Counted from the stretch's first letter, positions 1-10,461 are shown. The stretch: DNA of 64,000 bases from an uncultured Saccharofermentans sp. (GCA_963675845.1 OY776634.1:1431605-1495604); one strand, 5' to 3'. Notes: generated by a model not told the origin, from the letters alone. Made by a program: numbers and translations.

Positions 1-2
1 AC

Positions 3-587
3 CGACCGTTGCTTACAGGTCACGCGCCGCTGATGGAACCGGCGTACGTCATGAATTTTCTCAAGCGAAGGACATCCCTGCTGGACGGTGTTGTCTTGTC
101 TGGCGGCGAACCGACGCTTCAAAAAGACCTCAAGGACATGATTTTGTCCTTGAGATCGCTTGGTTATAAAATCAAGCTGGATACGAACGGCGCCCGGCCG
201 GATGTCGTTCAAGACCTGATCACCGAAAACCTGGTCGACTACATCGCCATAGACCTCAAGGCGCCTCGTGACCGATATGTGGAATTGACCGACTGTGCGC
301 CTGGCGATGTCGACCTGGTTTGGCAATCCTACCGGATTTTGGCCGACTCCAAAGTCGACTGGGAAGCCCGGACCACCGTCATTCCCCAGCTTTCAGATCA
401 CGATCTGCTTGAAATGGCCCGCAGCATCCCGGTCGCGCCGAACTATTTTCTTCAGCGCTATACCAAGCCGGCTGTCTACCGGCCGGAAGACCGGTTCCGG
501 TTGGATGTGGCTGCCATGACACCGTCGCAGCTTGTTTTGGCAGCGGACAAAATCAGGCCGGATCAGCCCAATGTCTTGGTTCGATAG
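3..587 (+). CDS. radical SAM activating enzyme, NrdG/PflA-like (5'-partial; the frame is open to the window edge)
   Basis: ORF 9..587 has no upstream stop within the window. The SGGEPTLQ motif and the ...LDTNG... segment are typical of anaerobic RNR/PFL activases. The N-terminal CxxxCxxC cluster would lie upstream of the window. Confidence 0.55.
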   Translation, partial: RPLLTGHAPLMEPAYVMNFLKRRTSLLDGVVLSGGEPTLQKDLKDMILSLRSLGYKIKLDTNGARPDVVQDLITENLVDYIAIDLKAPRDRYVELTDCAPGDVDLVWQSYRILADSKVDWEARTTVIPQLSDHDLLEMARSIPVAPNYFLQRYTKPAVYRPEDRFRLDVAAMTPSQLVLAADKIRPDQPNVLVR

Positions 588-690
588 ATTTTCAGATTGA
601 GAAAATCATAACATGCTCATAATCCTCATGACCGAAATCCGTGTGATAAAATATTACAAGTGATGAAATCGATCCAAGGAGGGCAACACC

Positions 691-1704
691 ATGGGCTGTT
701 CCAGGATAAGCGCCCGATTTTCGGCACTCGTACTGCTGGTCGCTGCCGGTATGCTGCTTGCTGCTTGCAGCTGGCTGCCGGAAGAAGAGGAGAAGCTCGC
801 TCCACCGCTAGTCGAGCCAGCTGAAATTCAATATGTGACAGAGACCGTAACGCGCGGAACTTTGACGGAAGAGATCTCAATGACAGGATCCTTCAGTCCC
901 AAAACCGAAATAGCACTCTCGTTTGAATCACAAGGCGGCAGAATCAAAAGCCTTCTGGTTGACAATCGTGAACAGGTCAGCCGGGGTGACTTGATCGCAC
1001 AGCTGGACACTGGATCGCTTGAGATGAGCATCCGGCTTCAGGAAATCAATGTCGAGAAAGCCAGGTTAACGCTGGCTCAACTAAAAGCCAGCAAGGCTGA
1101 CAGCTACAGCATCAAGAAAGCGGATCTGGATCTGCAGCAACAGCAGATCCAGTTGAGCAATCTTGAGAATCAACTCGAGGCGTCCAGTATTCTGGCGCCG
1201 ATTGACGGCCAGGTGACCTATCTGACCAGTGTCGATGTCGGGGAGCAGATCGCGGCTTTTCAGACCGTTGTCAAGCTGTCAGACACCAGCTCGATGAAAG
1301 TCCTCACATCGGACACCGATGCTGACCAGCTTCCGATCGGCGCTGAAGTCAGGATTGAGTTTCAGGATGTCAGCTTGAGCGGTATTGTCATCGCCAATCC
1401 GACATCCTTGCTGACAGACCCGGATGCTTCCCTCAAGGGATGCGCCCTGATCGATGTCGTCGATGAACTGCCGGAAAGCGCTTCGCTTGGCCGTCAGGTC
1501 AGGATCTGCTATATCAAGGAGCAGCGGGAAGATGTGCTATACCTGCCCAGGTCCTATATCAATACTTTGAGCGGCCGGACTTATGTCAACGTCCTGGAGG
1601 ATGGCGTCCGAATTGAAAAGGATATCGAAATCGGGATGAGAACCCAGACACAGGCTGAAATTGTCACAGGTCTTGATGAAGACGACCTGATCATCATCAA
1701 CTGA
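691..1704 (+). CDS. efflux ABC transporter periplasmic adaptor subunit (HlyD/MacA family), lipoprotein
   Basis: An RBS (aaggagg) precedes the ATG. There is a signal peptide plus lipobox (LLAACSW) and a coiled-coil membrane-fusion architecture. It sits immediately upstream of the FtsX permease and ABC ATPases. Confidence 0.8.
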   Translation: MGCSRISARFSALVLLVAAGMLLAACSWLPEEEEKLAPPLVEPAEIQYVTETVTRGTLTEEISMTGSFSPKTEIALSFESQGGRIKSLLVDNREQVSRGDLIAQLDTGSLEMSIRLQEINVEKARLTLAQLKASKADSYSIKKADLDLQQQQIQLSNLENQLEASSILAPIDGQVTYLTSVDVGEQIAAFQTVVKLSDTSSMKVLTSDTDADQLPIGAEVRIEFQDVSLSGIVIANPTSLLTDPDASLKGCALIDVVDELPESASLGRQVRICYIKEQREDVLYLPRSYINTLSGRTYVNVLEDGVRIEKDIEIGMRTQTQAEIVTGLDEDDLIIIN

Positions 1705-1717
1705 CGGAGGCTGTGCG

Positions 1718-4573
1718 ATGTATCTTCTGGTCTGGCGGAAAATGGTCAACAACCTCTGGAAAGTGCTCTGCCTGCTGCTGGGCGCTCTCATGGTCATGGC
1801 ACTGGCAAGTGCTGTGCCCATTTATACGAACGGGATCCTCCAGCGCATGCTGATCCGGGACCTGGAGACTTATCAGGAGCAAAGTTCGGACTATCCGGGC
1901 TATTTGGCGATCGAGAGCAACTTCAGGTATATCGACAGCCAGGACATTCTGGCCACGAGCAGCCGTCTGAACCAGGAGCTACAGGACATGATGGCTGGCA
2001 TGCCGCAGGAGGCGGCCATGACCCAGGCTATCTCCAGAGTCGGCGGCATCTATTACCAGACCGAGAATAACGGCAAGACGATCAACAGCTTCTTTGAAAT
2101 AGCCAGCCTAACCGCGTTTCCCGATCAGGTCAGCGTGGTCAAAGGTCGTCTTTATCAACCTCGCGACGATGGTGTCGTGGAAGCCGTTGCCAGCGCCGCC
2201 TCGCTCAGGTACACCGGCATGGTCATGGATAGAGTCTACGAGATTTACCATCTTCGTCAGGAAGATGGCGAGCTGGCGCTGCTGAAAATCAAGATCGTCG
2301 GGATTTACGAACCGGAGGATCACGGTGACGCCTACTGGTACGACAACATGGCGGCCGATAAGACGACCCTGGTTGTCGACGGTCAGCAGCTCCAGTCATT
2401 GTATCTGGCCAATAATCTGCTGCTGCCTCGTGAGCAAACCCTTTACACGGTCTATGACTATCATGCGTTCAACATCAGCGGCATTGACCAGCTAGCCGGC
2501 GTCTATCGGCAAGGGCAGCTGTTTGAAAGCGACAATCTCCGGACGAGCAAGTTCTATTGCACATTCGGTCAGGTCGTCACCGAGTACGAGTTGAGGGAAG
2601 GCGAGCTGATGATCGCACTCCAGATTCTGATCATACCGATTCTGCTCATGCTGGTGATGTTCATATTCATGGTCTCGCGCCTGATGGCCAGAAGCGATAT
2701 GACGACGGTGTCGGTGCTGGAAAGCCGGGGCGGCGGGCGAAAACAAATTTTTGGCATTTTTGCGCTGGAAAGCCTAATGCTGGGTCTGGTTGCTTTGGTT
2801 GCGGGACCACTGCTCGGCTTGTGGCTTGTTCAGGTGATTGGCGCATCCAATGGATTTTTGGAATTTGTCAATCGAAAAGCCCTGCCCATTGATCTGGACG
2901 ACAAAGTTCTGGTATATGCCGTCATCGCGCTGGCTTTGATTCTGCTGACGATGCTGCTGCCGTATCTCATGCAGACCCGGCGATCGATCGTCGATCAGAA
3001 GCGGCACAAGTCGCGTCAAACCAAGCTGCCCTTCTGGCAAAGGGCCTTTATCGATGTTATCCTGATGGCCATCAGCGGCTATGCCTATTACCAGCTCAAT
3101 CGCCAGCTTGAGGCCCAGCAGTCCTCGCGGAGCGGCCAGTCGGGCGTTGACTATCTCCTGTTTCTGGCTTCAACGATCTTTATTTTGGGAACCGGCCTGC
3201 TTTTCGTCAGACTCTATCCCTATCTGGTGAGACTGGTTTATCGGGCCGGCAGGCGGATCTGGCCGCCATCACTGTATGTATCGTTTCACCAGATCAGCCG
3301 TTCTGACGGACAAGAGCAGTTTTTGATCATTTTTCTGGTGCTGGCGCTGGCAACCGGCATTTTCAATGCCAATGCCGCCCGAACAATCAACCAGAACACA
3401 GAAGATGTCATCTCCTGTGAAATTGGCGCGGATATCACGCTGCAGGCTTACTGGCAACCCTATGACCAAAACGGCAACCCGATTGCCACGTCGAATAGTC
3501 CGTCCGACCTGATGGCCGGTATGACATCCACCGGCGAAAAGATCACCAAGTACTATGAGCCAGTTTTTTCGGTCTACGCAGAGCTGCCTGGTGTTGAACA
3601 CGCAGCCCGGGTTCTTCGGAAAGACGATATCCGATTGAGCTATGGCGGCAACCAGCTGGACAACATCCAGCTGATGGCCATCGATCCGTACGATTTCGCA
3701 CAAACAGCCTGGTGGCGAAATGACCTGAACAACTACCATATGAATGAATACATGAACGTGATGACCAGTATGCCGAACGCCGTCATCCTGTCTTCAAACC
3801 TGAAAGAAAAACTGGATGTCGAGGTGGGTGATTCTGTCGTCTATGTGATCAGTTCGAGTGAGGCAGTGGAGGGAATCGTCATCGCCTTCATCGATTATTG
3901 GCCAGCTTATCAGCCGCTTAAAGTGACCGCGAACGATATTGTCCTGGAGAACCATCTGATCATTGGCAGCCTGAACAACCTGCTGAGCAAAACCGCGATA
4001 TCGCCCTATGAGGTTTGGCTCAAGCGAGAGGCAGGAGCGACTGACAGCCAGATATACCAGGGGCTTCAAGACGCTTCAATTATGGTGAGTTCAATTGAAT
4101 CATCGAACCAGGCGATCACCGAAGCCAAGCAGGATTCCCAGCTGCAGGGCACCAATGGCGCATTGACCCTGGGCTTTATCGTCTCAATGCTGGTTTGTGC
4201 GATCGGCTTTCTAATCTATTGGATCATGTCCATCAAGAGCAGAGTCCTGCAGTTTGGCGTCTTTCGCGCGATGGGGCTGGGCAGGCGACCCTTGCTGGCG
4301 ATGCTGGTTTGCGATCAGGTGCTGGTCTCCGGTGTCGCGATTGCCTTCGGCACTTTGCTGGGCGTTTTGAGCAGCCTGCTCTATGTGCCGCTGTTCCGGC
4401 TGGTCTACCGTTCTGAAGCGCAGCAGATCCCGTTTAAGATCATCACCGAATCGTCTGACCTGCAAAAGATTCTGGTGATCCTGATCATCGTTTTGCTGAT
4501 CTGCTTCGCCATCCTGAGCAGACTCGTTCTGGCTATCCGAATGGATCAGGCTGTCAAATTGGGGGAAGAATAG
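1718..4573 (+). CDS. ABC transporter permease, FtsX-like, large double-FtsX type (951 aa)
   Basis: There are two clusters of hydrophobic helices, each followed by an FtsX-like C-terminal segment, separated by large extracytoplasmic domains. It is in an operon with the HlyD adaptor and ATPases. Confidence 0.85.
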   Translation: MYLLVWRKMVNNLWKVLCLLLGALMVMALASAVPIYTNGILQRMLIRDLETYQEQSSDYPGYLAIESNFRYIDSQDILATSSRLNQELQDMMAGMPQEAAMTQAISRVGGIYYQTENNGKTINSFFEIASLTAFPDQVSVVKGRLYQPRDDGVVEAVASAASLRYTGMVMDRVYEIYHLRQEDGELALLKIKIVGIYEPEDHGDAYWYDNMAADKTTLVVDGQQLQSLYLANNLLLPREQTLYTVYDYHAFNISGIDQLAGVYRQGQLFESDNLRTSKFYCTFGQVVTEYELREGELMIALQILIIPILLMLVMFIFMVSRLMARSDMTTVSVLESRGGGRKQIFGIFALESLMLGLVALVAGPLLGLWLVQVIGASNGFLEFVNRKALPIDLDDKVLVYAVIALALILLTMLLPYLMQTRRSIVDQKRHKSRQTKLPFWQRAFIDVILMAISGYAYYQLNRQLEAQQSSRSGQSGVDYLLFLASTIFILGTGLLFVRLYPYLVRLVYRAGRRIWPPSLYVSFHQISRSDGQEQFLIIFLVLALATGIFNANAARTINQNTEDVISCEIGADITLQAYWQPYDQNGNPIATSNSPSDLMAGMTSTGEKITKYYEPVFSVYAELPGVEHAARVLRKDDIRLSYGGNQLDNIQLMAIDPYDFAQTAWWRNDLNNYHMNEYMNVMTSMPNAVILSSNLKEKLDVEVGDSVVYVISSSEAVEGIVIAFIDYWPAYQPLKVTANDIVLENHLIIGSLNNLLSKTAISPYEVWLKREAGATDSQIYQGLQDASIMVSSIESSNQAITEAKQDSQLQGTNGALTLGFIVSMLVCAIGFLIYWIMSIKSRVLQFGVFRAMGLGRRPLLAMLVCDQVLVSGVAIAFGTLLGVLSSLLYVPLFRLVYRSEAQQIPFKIITESSDLQKILVILIIVLLICFAILSRLVLAIRMDQAVKLGEE

Positions 4574-4575
4574 TC

Positions 4576-5304
4576 ATGGCTGGAAATGTTGAATCCACCG
4601 CGCATCAAACGTCAAATCTACCGGTCTTGCGAACCAAGGATGTGGTCCGCGAGTTCCAGAACGGCGGAGAGATGATTCGCGTGCTGGATAACATATCGAT
4701 TGAAGTCCCCAGCCGGTCGCTGACCATACTCAAGGGCAGGTCCGGGTCCGGCAAGACGACCCTGATCAACCTGCTGGGAGCATTGGACCGGCCCGATCAA
4801 GGCGAAATCTGGTTTGGTGATCGTGAGATAACCAGGATGGGTGAGAATGTCCGGGATCAGCTGCGCAGGTATGAGCTGGGATTCGTATTCCAGTCTGTCG
4901 CCCTGATTTCGACGATGACGGCTTATGAAAATGTCGAGTTTGGTCTTCGCGTAGCCCGTTGTGACAAGGCTATGCGCCGTCAGCGCGTCCAGGAGGTGCT
5001 GGAACTCGTTGGTCTTAAGGACCGCATGCTGCACCGAACCCAGGAGCTGTCTGGCGGTGAGCAGCAGCGTGTCGCTATCGCCCGGGCCATCGCGCACAAG
5101 CCGAAAGTCGTCTTTGCCGATGAACCCACGGCCGAGCTGGATACCGCCATGGGACTCAAAGTGGTCGGGCTGTTCAAGAACCTGATCAGCCAGGAAGGGT
5201 TAACGGTTGTCATGACATCGCATGATCCCAGCATGATGGCGCTGGGCGATCGGATCTTCGATCTCGAAAACAGGCCGGGGGATTTGCCGAATGACGATGA
5301 TTGA
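4576..5304 (+). CDS. ABC transporter ATP-binding protein (MacB-type ATPase)
   Basis: Walker A (GRSGSGKTTL), signature ([14 protein letters not shown]) and Walker B (VVFADEPT) are present. Confidence 0.9.
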   Translation: MAGNVESTAHQTSNLPVLRTKDVVREFQNGGEMIRVLDNISIEVPSRSLTILKGRSGSGKTTLINLLGALDRPDQGEIWFGDREITRMGENVRDQLRRYELGFVFQSVALISTMTAYENVEFGLRVARCDKAMRRQRVQEVLELVGLKDRMLHRTQELSGGEQQRVAIARAIAHKPKVVFADEPTAELDTAMGLKVVGLFKNLISQEGLTVVMTSHDPSMMALGDRIFDLENRPGDLPNDDD

Positions 5305-6205
5305 ATGTGAAAACCTGATCAAGATTTACAAGACACCGGACTTCGAAGTCCTGGCTTTGCAAGGTCTGGACCTGACGGTTGGAACCGGCGAATTCACTGC
5401 GATCATCGGCAACAGCGGATCAGGCAAATCGACGCTGCTGAATATGCTTGGCGGACTGGACACACCGTCTGCAGGGCGCCTGCAGGTCGGCGACCAGGAT
5501 CTGCTGAACATCAGCGAGGAGGAGCTTGTCCTCTATAAGCGCCAGACTGTCGGCTTTGTTTGGCAAAACCAGGGACGCAACCTGATTCCGTATCTGAATG
5601 CTGTGCAGAATGTCGAATTGCCCATGATGCTGTCCGGCCGCAAACGAAGAAGCCGCGCGCTTGAATTGCTGGATCTGGTTGGCCTGTCGCACTGCCGGAC
5701 AAAAAAGCTACACCAGTTGTCGGGCGGCGAACAGCAGCGTGTCGCGATTGCCATCGCGCTGGCCAATGAACCGAAGCTGCTCTTGGCTGATGAGCCGACC
5801 GGATCAGTCGACATCAAGACAGCTGGTCATATCTTTGAATTATTTCAGACACTCAACCGTGAAATGGGCTTGACGATTGTTGTTGTGACACATGACCGGC
5901 ATCTGTCGCGTCTTGTTAACCGGGTCATTGCCATTCGAGATGGCCGAACCAGCAGCGAATTCCATATTCGGGACAGTTTCGCCGACAAGCTCAGGGAAGT
6001 CGGTACGCATGGCTTTCTGGCAGATGATGAGAGCGGCCAGGAAAGCCATGAAGAACTCGCTGTTCTGGATCGTCAAGGGCGGTTGCAGCTGCCTCGCGAT
6101 TACCTGGACGCACTGGGCGTCAAGGGGCGGGGCATGATGCATGTTGAGCTGGAAGATGGTCGCATCATCCTGATACCGGATCAAAAAGATCGCAACATTC
6201 GGTGA
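5291..6205 (+). CDS. ABC transporter ATP-binding protein with C-terminal SpoVT/AbrB-like swapped-hairpin extension
   Basis: Walker A ([11 protein letters not shown]), signature ([12 protein letters not shown]) and Walker B (LLLADEPT) are present. An extra ~80-aa tail ends ...[34 protein letters not shown], which resembles the MazE/AbrB looped-hinge motif. It overlaps the upstream ATPase gene by 14 nt. Confidence 0.85.
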   Translation: MTMIECENLIKIYKTPDFEVLALQGLDLTVGTGEFTAIIGNSGSGKSTLLNMLGGLDTPSAGRLQVGDQDLLNISEEELVLYKRQTVGFVWQNQGRNLIPYLNAVQNVELPMMLSGRKRRSRALELLDLVGLSHCRTKKLHQLSGGEQQRVAIAIALANEPKLLLADEPTGSVDIKTAGHIFELFQTLNREMGLTIVVVTHDRHLSRLVNRVIAIRDGRTSSEFHIRDSFADKLREVGTHGFLADDESGQESHEELAVLDRQGRLQLPRDYLDALGVKGRGMMHVELEDGRIILIPDQKDRNIR

Positions 6206-6209
6206 TCAA

Positions 6210-6521
6210 TCAGTCTCCCGACTGCTGCCTGGTCAATTGAAGAGACTCGTAGATGCAGTTCAGCATGGTCATCAGGCTGGCAACCGGAATCTCCAAACCA
6301 TTGCAGATCATGGATGCTTTGCATATACTGATGTTGTTCTTGCCGTTTTCAACCGTGCTGATATAGGACGTGTTTGTGCCGGCCCGATCGGCCAACTCGC
6401 TTTGCGAAATTTTCCGATACTCACGGATGCGTCTGATGAGTTGACCGGCGATGAGAGAATATGAATCCTTATCAATATGGTTGTTGCTAAAATTAGAGTA
6501 GTTATCTTGGTGTGTCGTCAT
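6210..6521 (-). CDS. XRE-family helix-turn-helix transcriptional regulator (~103 aa)
   Basis: The start was chosen at the internal Met (MTTHQDNY...), which is preceded by GAGGTG. The HTH segment is QSELADRAGTNTSYISTVENG. The longer ORF 6210..6698 would overlap the hflX start. Confidence 0.65.
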   Translation of the reverse strand: MTTHQDNYSNFSNNHIDKDSYSLIAGQLIRRIREYRKISQSELADRAGTNTSYISTVENGKNNISICKASMICNGLEIPVASLMTMLNCIYESLQLTRQQSGD

Positions 6522-6600
6522 AAAATTCACCTCGAGATGTCGTATCGATGCTATTATAGCATGCAATGACCAAGTGGCAAGTGTCTGGAGATGATTAAAT

Positions 6601-7938
6601 ATGGACAAAATTGAGCAATTGGGCCGAAAAGCGATCCATGGCGAAGCAGCTGAGCGCGCCGTTTTGGTCGGTCTGATCTTGAACAGCCAGAACGGCAATC
6701 CTGACGAAGGGGAGCGGTCGCTGGCTGAATTAGCCGAGCTGGCCTCGGCTGCAGGCGCCGAGGTTGTCGGCCAGGCTCTGCAGCGAAGGCAATCAGCGGA
6801 CCCGGCCTATCTGATCGGCAAGGGAAAGGGCGAAGAGATTCGTGACGCCTGCGAAGCGCTCGAAGCCAATCTGGTTATTTTTGACGAGGATCTGTCCGGT
6901 TCACAGATCCGCAATCTGGAAAATCTGTTGGGACGCAAGGTGATCGACCGGACTTTTCTGATCCTGGATATTTTCGCCGGCAGAGCGCAGAGCCGGGACG
7001 GCAAGCTGCAGGTTGAGCTGGCCCAGCAGCAGTACCGTTTGAGCCGGCTGGTCGGCATCGGGCAATCCCTGTCCCGGCTGGGCGGTGGCATCGGAACCCG
7101 CGGCCCCGGTGAAACACAGCTTGAAAGCGATCGGCGGCATATCAACCGCCGGATATCCAAGCTCAAGCGTCTGTTGACCGAGATCGGCGAACACCGCAGC
7201 AGAACACGACAACACAGGCAGCGGGGCGGTCTGTTTACGATCGCTGTTGTCGGATACACGAACGCAGGAAAATCGACCCTGATCAATCAATTGTGTGAAG
7301 CAAGCCTTGAAACCATGGATCAGGTTTTCGCAACCCTGGATCCGGCTGTCAGGCGGTTGGAGCTGCCGGACGGTCCGCCTGTTCTGCTGGTTGACACAGT
7401 CGGGTTCATCCGCAAACTGCCGCACCAACTGGTTGACGCTTTCAAATCCACACTTGAGGAAGTCACGGCTGCCGATGCGGTGCTTGAAGTCGTCGATTCA
7501 ACAGATCCGGACCAAGCCGCCCAGATGAAAGTTGTTGAATCCCTGCTCAACGAACTGAATGCTGCCGGCAAGCCCAGACTGCTGGTCTTCAATAAAGCAG
7601 ATCAGCTGCCCGCTTCCGGAAAAATCGAATCGGAGCATGATCTGCAATCGATCCTGCCGGCCGGCCAGCAGCCGCTGCGGGCCTCGGCATTGACCGGGCA
7701 GGGTATGGAAAGCCTTCTTGAAGCTATTCGAAAAATGGCTAGCAGCGACCAGGTCAGCGCGACCTTGCTGCTGCCATACGACAAGACAGGTCTGCTGGAC
7801 CATATCCGCCGCCATGGCCATCTCGACAATGTCCGGTATGATCCGGACGGCATCACAGTCAGAATGCGGATCAACGCCAATTATTTTAGTCCTCTGCAGC
7901 CCTATATTAAGGTTGCGGAAAGACCTGAAAAGCGTTAG
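6601..7938 (+). CDS. hflX: GTPase HflX
   Basis: The HflX N-terminal domain is followed by a G-domain with G1 (GYTNAGKST), DTVGF and NKAD motifs. Length is 445 aa. Confidence 0.9.
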   Translation: MDKIEQLGRKAIHGEAAERAVLVGLILNSQNGNPDEGERSLAELAELASAAGAEVVGQALQRRQSADPAYLIGKGKGEEIRDACEALEANLVIFDEDLSGSQIRNLENLLGRKVIDRTFLILDIFAGRAQSRDGKLQVELAQQQYRLSRLVGIGQSLSRLGGGIGTRGPGETQLESDRRHINRRISKLKRLLTEIGEHRSRTRQHRQRGGLFTIAVVGYTNAGKSTLINQLCEASLETMDQVFATLDPAVRRLELPDGPPVLLVDTVGFIRKLPHQLVDAFKSTLEEVTAADAVLEVVDSTDPDQAAQMKVVESLLNELNAAGKPRLLVFNKADQLPASGKIESEHDLQSILPAGQQPLRASALTGQGMESLLEAIRKMASSDQVSATLLLPYDKTGLLDHIRRHGHLDNVRYDPDGITVRMRINANYFSPLQPYIKVAERPEKR

Positions 7939-7997
7939 ACTTTTAAATAGATCTTTTGACCATCAAAGCAAGGAGGTTGGGCGCAAGCCTTCAGCAG

Positions 7998-8483
7998 ATG
8001 AATGATTACGAAAAAGAAGTGAACACCCTGCTTCTCGATATTTACGACAAGATTCTGGTAACAGAAGAAAAGGCGTTGAACAAAGGAATATTCAAGGACA
8101 TTTCTGTCGGAGAAATGCACACGCTTGAAGGTATCGGGCTGTATGGCAACAAGACCATGAGTGAGACGGCCGCAACACTGGGCATCACGACTGGCACCCT
8201 GACGGTTGCGATTGACCGGCTGGTGCGCAAGGGCTATGTCGAACGCCGTCGCGATTTGCGTGACCGACGGGTCGTCCGCATCCAACTGACGAAAAAGGGC
8301 AAGCTGGCTTTTCGCATGCACAACAAGTTTCACACCCTGCTGGTGGATCGTCTGACATCGCCGCTGGACGATCATGAGCAACAGCTCTTGCTGGATATGC
8401 TCCGTAATATCAGCGGCTTCGTGACTGAGCAGTACCACCGCTACACGGGCCAGGATAAATCGATGGAGGTCACCGATGCCTGA
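7998..8483 (+). CDS. MarR-family transcriptional regulator (FabT-like position upstream of ACP)
   Basis: The ATG at 7998 is preceded by AAGGAGG. There is a winged-helix MarR core (...LTVAIDRLVRKGYVERRRDLRDRRVVRIQLT...). The gene is translationally coupled to the downstream ACP, with an 8-nt overlap. Confidence 0.8.
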   Translation: MNDYEKEVNTLLLDIYDKILVTEEKALNKGIFKDISVGEMHTLEGIGLYGNKTMSETAATLGITTGTLTVAIDRLVRKGYVERRRDLRDRRVVRIQLTKKGKLAFRMHNKFHTLLVDRLTSPLDDHEQQLLLDMLRNISGFVTEQYHRYTGQDKSMEVTDA

Positions 8484-8742
8484 AAAAAACCATGACTGGA
8501 TTTACGACCAGGTGGTCAAGACGATCACGGATATTTCCGGACATTCACCGAGTGAAATCAATGGTCAGACCGAGCTGATCCTGGATTTGGGACTGGACTC
8601 GCTGGCTTTGTTTGAAGTTGTCATTGAACTGGAGGAGATTTTCAAGCTCCAGATATCCGATGAAGACATTGACAAGATCAAAACCATTGACGATGCCGTA
8701 CGCTACATCATGAAGAGGCTCAATCCAGGGAAGCAGGATTAA
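8476..8742 (+). CDS. acyl carrier protein-like
   Basis: 88 aa. It carries the DLGLDSLALFEVVIELEE phosphopantetheine-attachment (DSL) motif, followed by the ...DIDKIKTIDDAVRYI helix. Confidence 0.65.
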   Translation: MPEKNHDWIYDQVVKTITDISGHSPSEINGQTELILDLGLDSLALFEVVIELEEIFKLQISDEDIDKIKTIDDAVRYIMKRLNPGKQD

Positions 8743-8745
8743 GCT

Positions 8746-9687
8746 ATGTCAGATGGACAGACTGCCCGTCATTTTGCGTTTGTGCTCAACCCCACGGCTG
8801 GACGCTTCCATGACAACAATCTCGCTAACCGGCTGTTGGACCTGTTCCGGGACCAGCCCGGGGGTAACACTGCGGAAGTCCTATTAACCAGCCGGGCCGG
8901 GCATGCCGCTGAACTGGCTCTGGGACTGGCTGAAAACCACGGCGAGAATCTGGTGGTTATGGCCTGCGGCGGTGATGGAACAGCTGGCGAGGTTGCTAAC
9001 GGCATCGCCGGCAGCAAGGCCGCGATGGGTATTCTGCCCATGGGGACGGCGAATGATTTTGCCCGGGCATCTTTGTCGACGACGAACTTGAACCAATTGC
9101 TCAAAAACATAACCCGACCGGATATCCGGCCCATCGATATCATGCGGGTCGATGGCCGGGTCTGTCTTAACATCGCATCGTTGGGGTTCGATTCAGTTGT
9201 CCAGCAAAAGGCGGCAGCGATCAACCGCAGGTTACGGTTCTTGGGTGGCGCGTCTTATCCGTTGGCCATCACCGCGGCGCTGCTCGGCAATCGCACTTTT
9301 CAAATGAACTACAGTCTTGACACGGTTGCTCAGGGCGGCAAACAGCAAGTGGTCAAAGGGCGCTGCGATTTTATTCTGGCTGCGATTTGCAACGGACGAT
9401 ATTACGGCGGCGGTTTCAACCCGGCTCCTCAAGCCAGTCTTGACGATGGCCTGCTCGATGTCTGCCTGGTCGATAGTCTGCCGCTTTACCGGGTCTTGTC
9501 TCTAATCCCGAAATACAAAAATGGCCGTCACCTGTCGGATCCGGCCATTCACTATTGGAAAGTCAGGGGTGGGCGCTTGACGTCTGCCGCAGGCAACCTG
9601 CCGGGCAATCTGGATGGTGAGCTGTTTGAGAAAACCGAGCTTCAATTTGAGGTTGAAGCCGGCGGTCTTCGATTCGCTTTCTATTGA
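8746..9687 (+). CDS. YegS/DgkB-family lipid kinase (diacylglycerol kinase catalytic domain)
   Basis: The ACGGDGT nucleotide-binding motif is present, with DAGK_cat-like N-terminal half and the typical C-terminal half. Length is 313 aa. Confidence 0.85.
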   Translation: MSDGQTARHFAFVLNPTAGRFHDNNLANRLLDLFRDQPGGNTAEVLLTSRAGHAAELALGLAENHGENLVVMACGGDGTAGEVANGIAGSKAAMGILPMGTANDFARASLSTTNLNQLLKNITRPDIRPIDIMRVDGRVCLNIASLGFDSVVQQKAAAINRRLRFLGGASYPLAITAALLGNRTFQMNYSLDTVAQGGKQQVVKGRCDFILAAICNGRYYGGGFNPAPQASLDDGLLDVCLVDSLPLYRVLSLIPKYKNGRHLSDPAIHYWKVRGGRLTSAAGNLPGNLDGELFEKTELQFEVEAGGLRFAFY

Positions 9688-10461
9688 TTACTCGACTGCC
9701 GGGAAGACTCTCGGCACTCTTTTGTCGTTGAACCTGTTTTGCATCCACTGAACCAGCGCCGCCGTCATTTCGCGCGCGTTGCTGAAATCTTCAGGATTCA
9801 GGGGTTTGCCATAGGTCAGAATGACCTTGCGGCGCTTGCCGGTTTCAGGATTATGACCGTTGGGGCGTTTCATGTAACGGTTGAAGACCTCGTACGCGCC
9901 GTCCAGAAAAACCGGGAGCAGAGGAACCTTGCTCTTCATGGCGATATAGGCAGCGCCTTCCTTCATCTCACCGAGGCGACCGTCAACCGAACGCGTTCCT
10001 TCGGGGTGAACCAGCAGGATGTTGCCTTCTTCGACCTTCTTTTTGGCCATGATCAGACCGCGGACCGGATTGCCGAAGCGGTCAATCGGGATTGCGCGGC
10101 CAACTTTCAGGATCAGGCGGCCCAGCAGGCCGTGGCGATCTTCAAGATCTTTGGCAGCGAGACTACTGAAAGATTTGAAATGATTTTTGGGCAGGTAAGC
10201 ACCGATCAGCATGCCGTCAACATAGGTTTCGTGGTTGGCGGCGATGACATATGGTCCGCTTTTGGGGATGTTATCAAGACCTTCGGCTTCAAGATCAACC
10301 GTCAGCCGCGCGACGGTCAGGCCGACGGTATAGGTCAGCTTGCCAATCAGTCCGCGTTTGACAGGGTATTTGTTCTCTATTCGCGCCGCTGTTCTGGCGG
10401 CTTTGGCCGCAGCGGGTTGCACAATGGCACGACCAGCTGTTCCGGCATTGTTTTGACTCAT
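9688..10461 (-). CDS. plsC: 1-acyl-sn-glycerol-3-phosphate acyltransferase (PlsC family)
   Basis: HX4D motif (NHETYVDG) and PEGTRS motif are present. The start was chosen at MSQNNAG, which is preceded by GGAGGT. The same-locus + strand ORF 9739..10542 is antisense noise. Confidence 0.8.
   Translation of the reverse strand: MSQNNAGTAGRAIVQPAAAKAARTAARIENKYPVKRGLIGKLTYTVGLTVARLTVDLEAEGLDNIPKSGPYVIAANHETYVDGMLIGAYLPKNHFKSFSSLAAKDLEDRHGLLGRLILKVGRAIPIDRFGNPVRGLIMAKKKVEEGNILLVHPEGTRSVDGRLGEMKEGAAYIAMKSKVPLLPVFLDGAYEVFNRYMKRPNGHNPETGKRRKVILTYGKPLNPEDFSNAREMTAALVQWMQNRFNDKRVPRVFPAVE

Noticed and set aside
295-519. 74-aa ORF in alternative frame inside the radical-SAM gene, and similar short overlapping ORFs throughout 1-48 kb
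   Set aside because: It is embedded in alternate frames of well-supported genes, with Pro/Arg/Ser-rich translations.
6901-7428. 175-aa - strand ORF (and 6807..7286, 7320..7592) inside hflX
   Set aside because: It is antisense to a strongly supported conserved gene. It has a low-complexity Pro/Arg/Ala-rich translation typical of GC-rich antisense frames, with no RBS.
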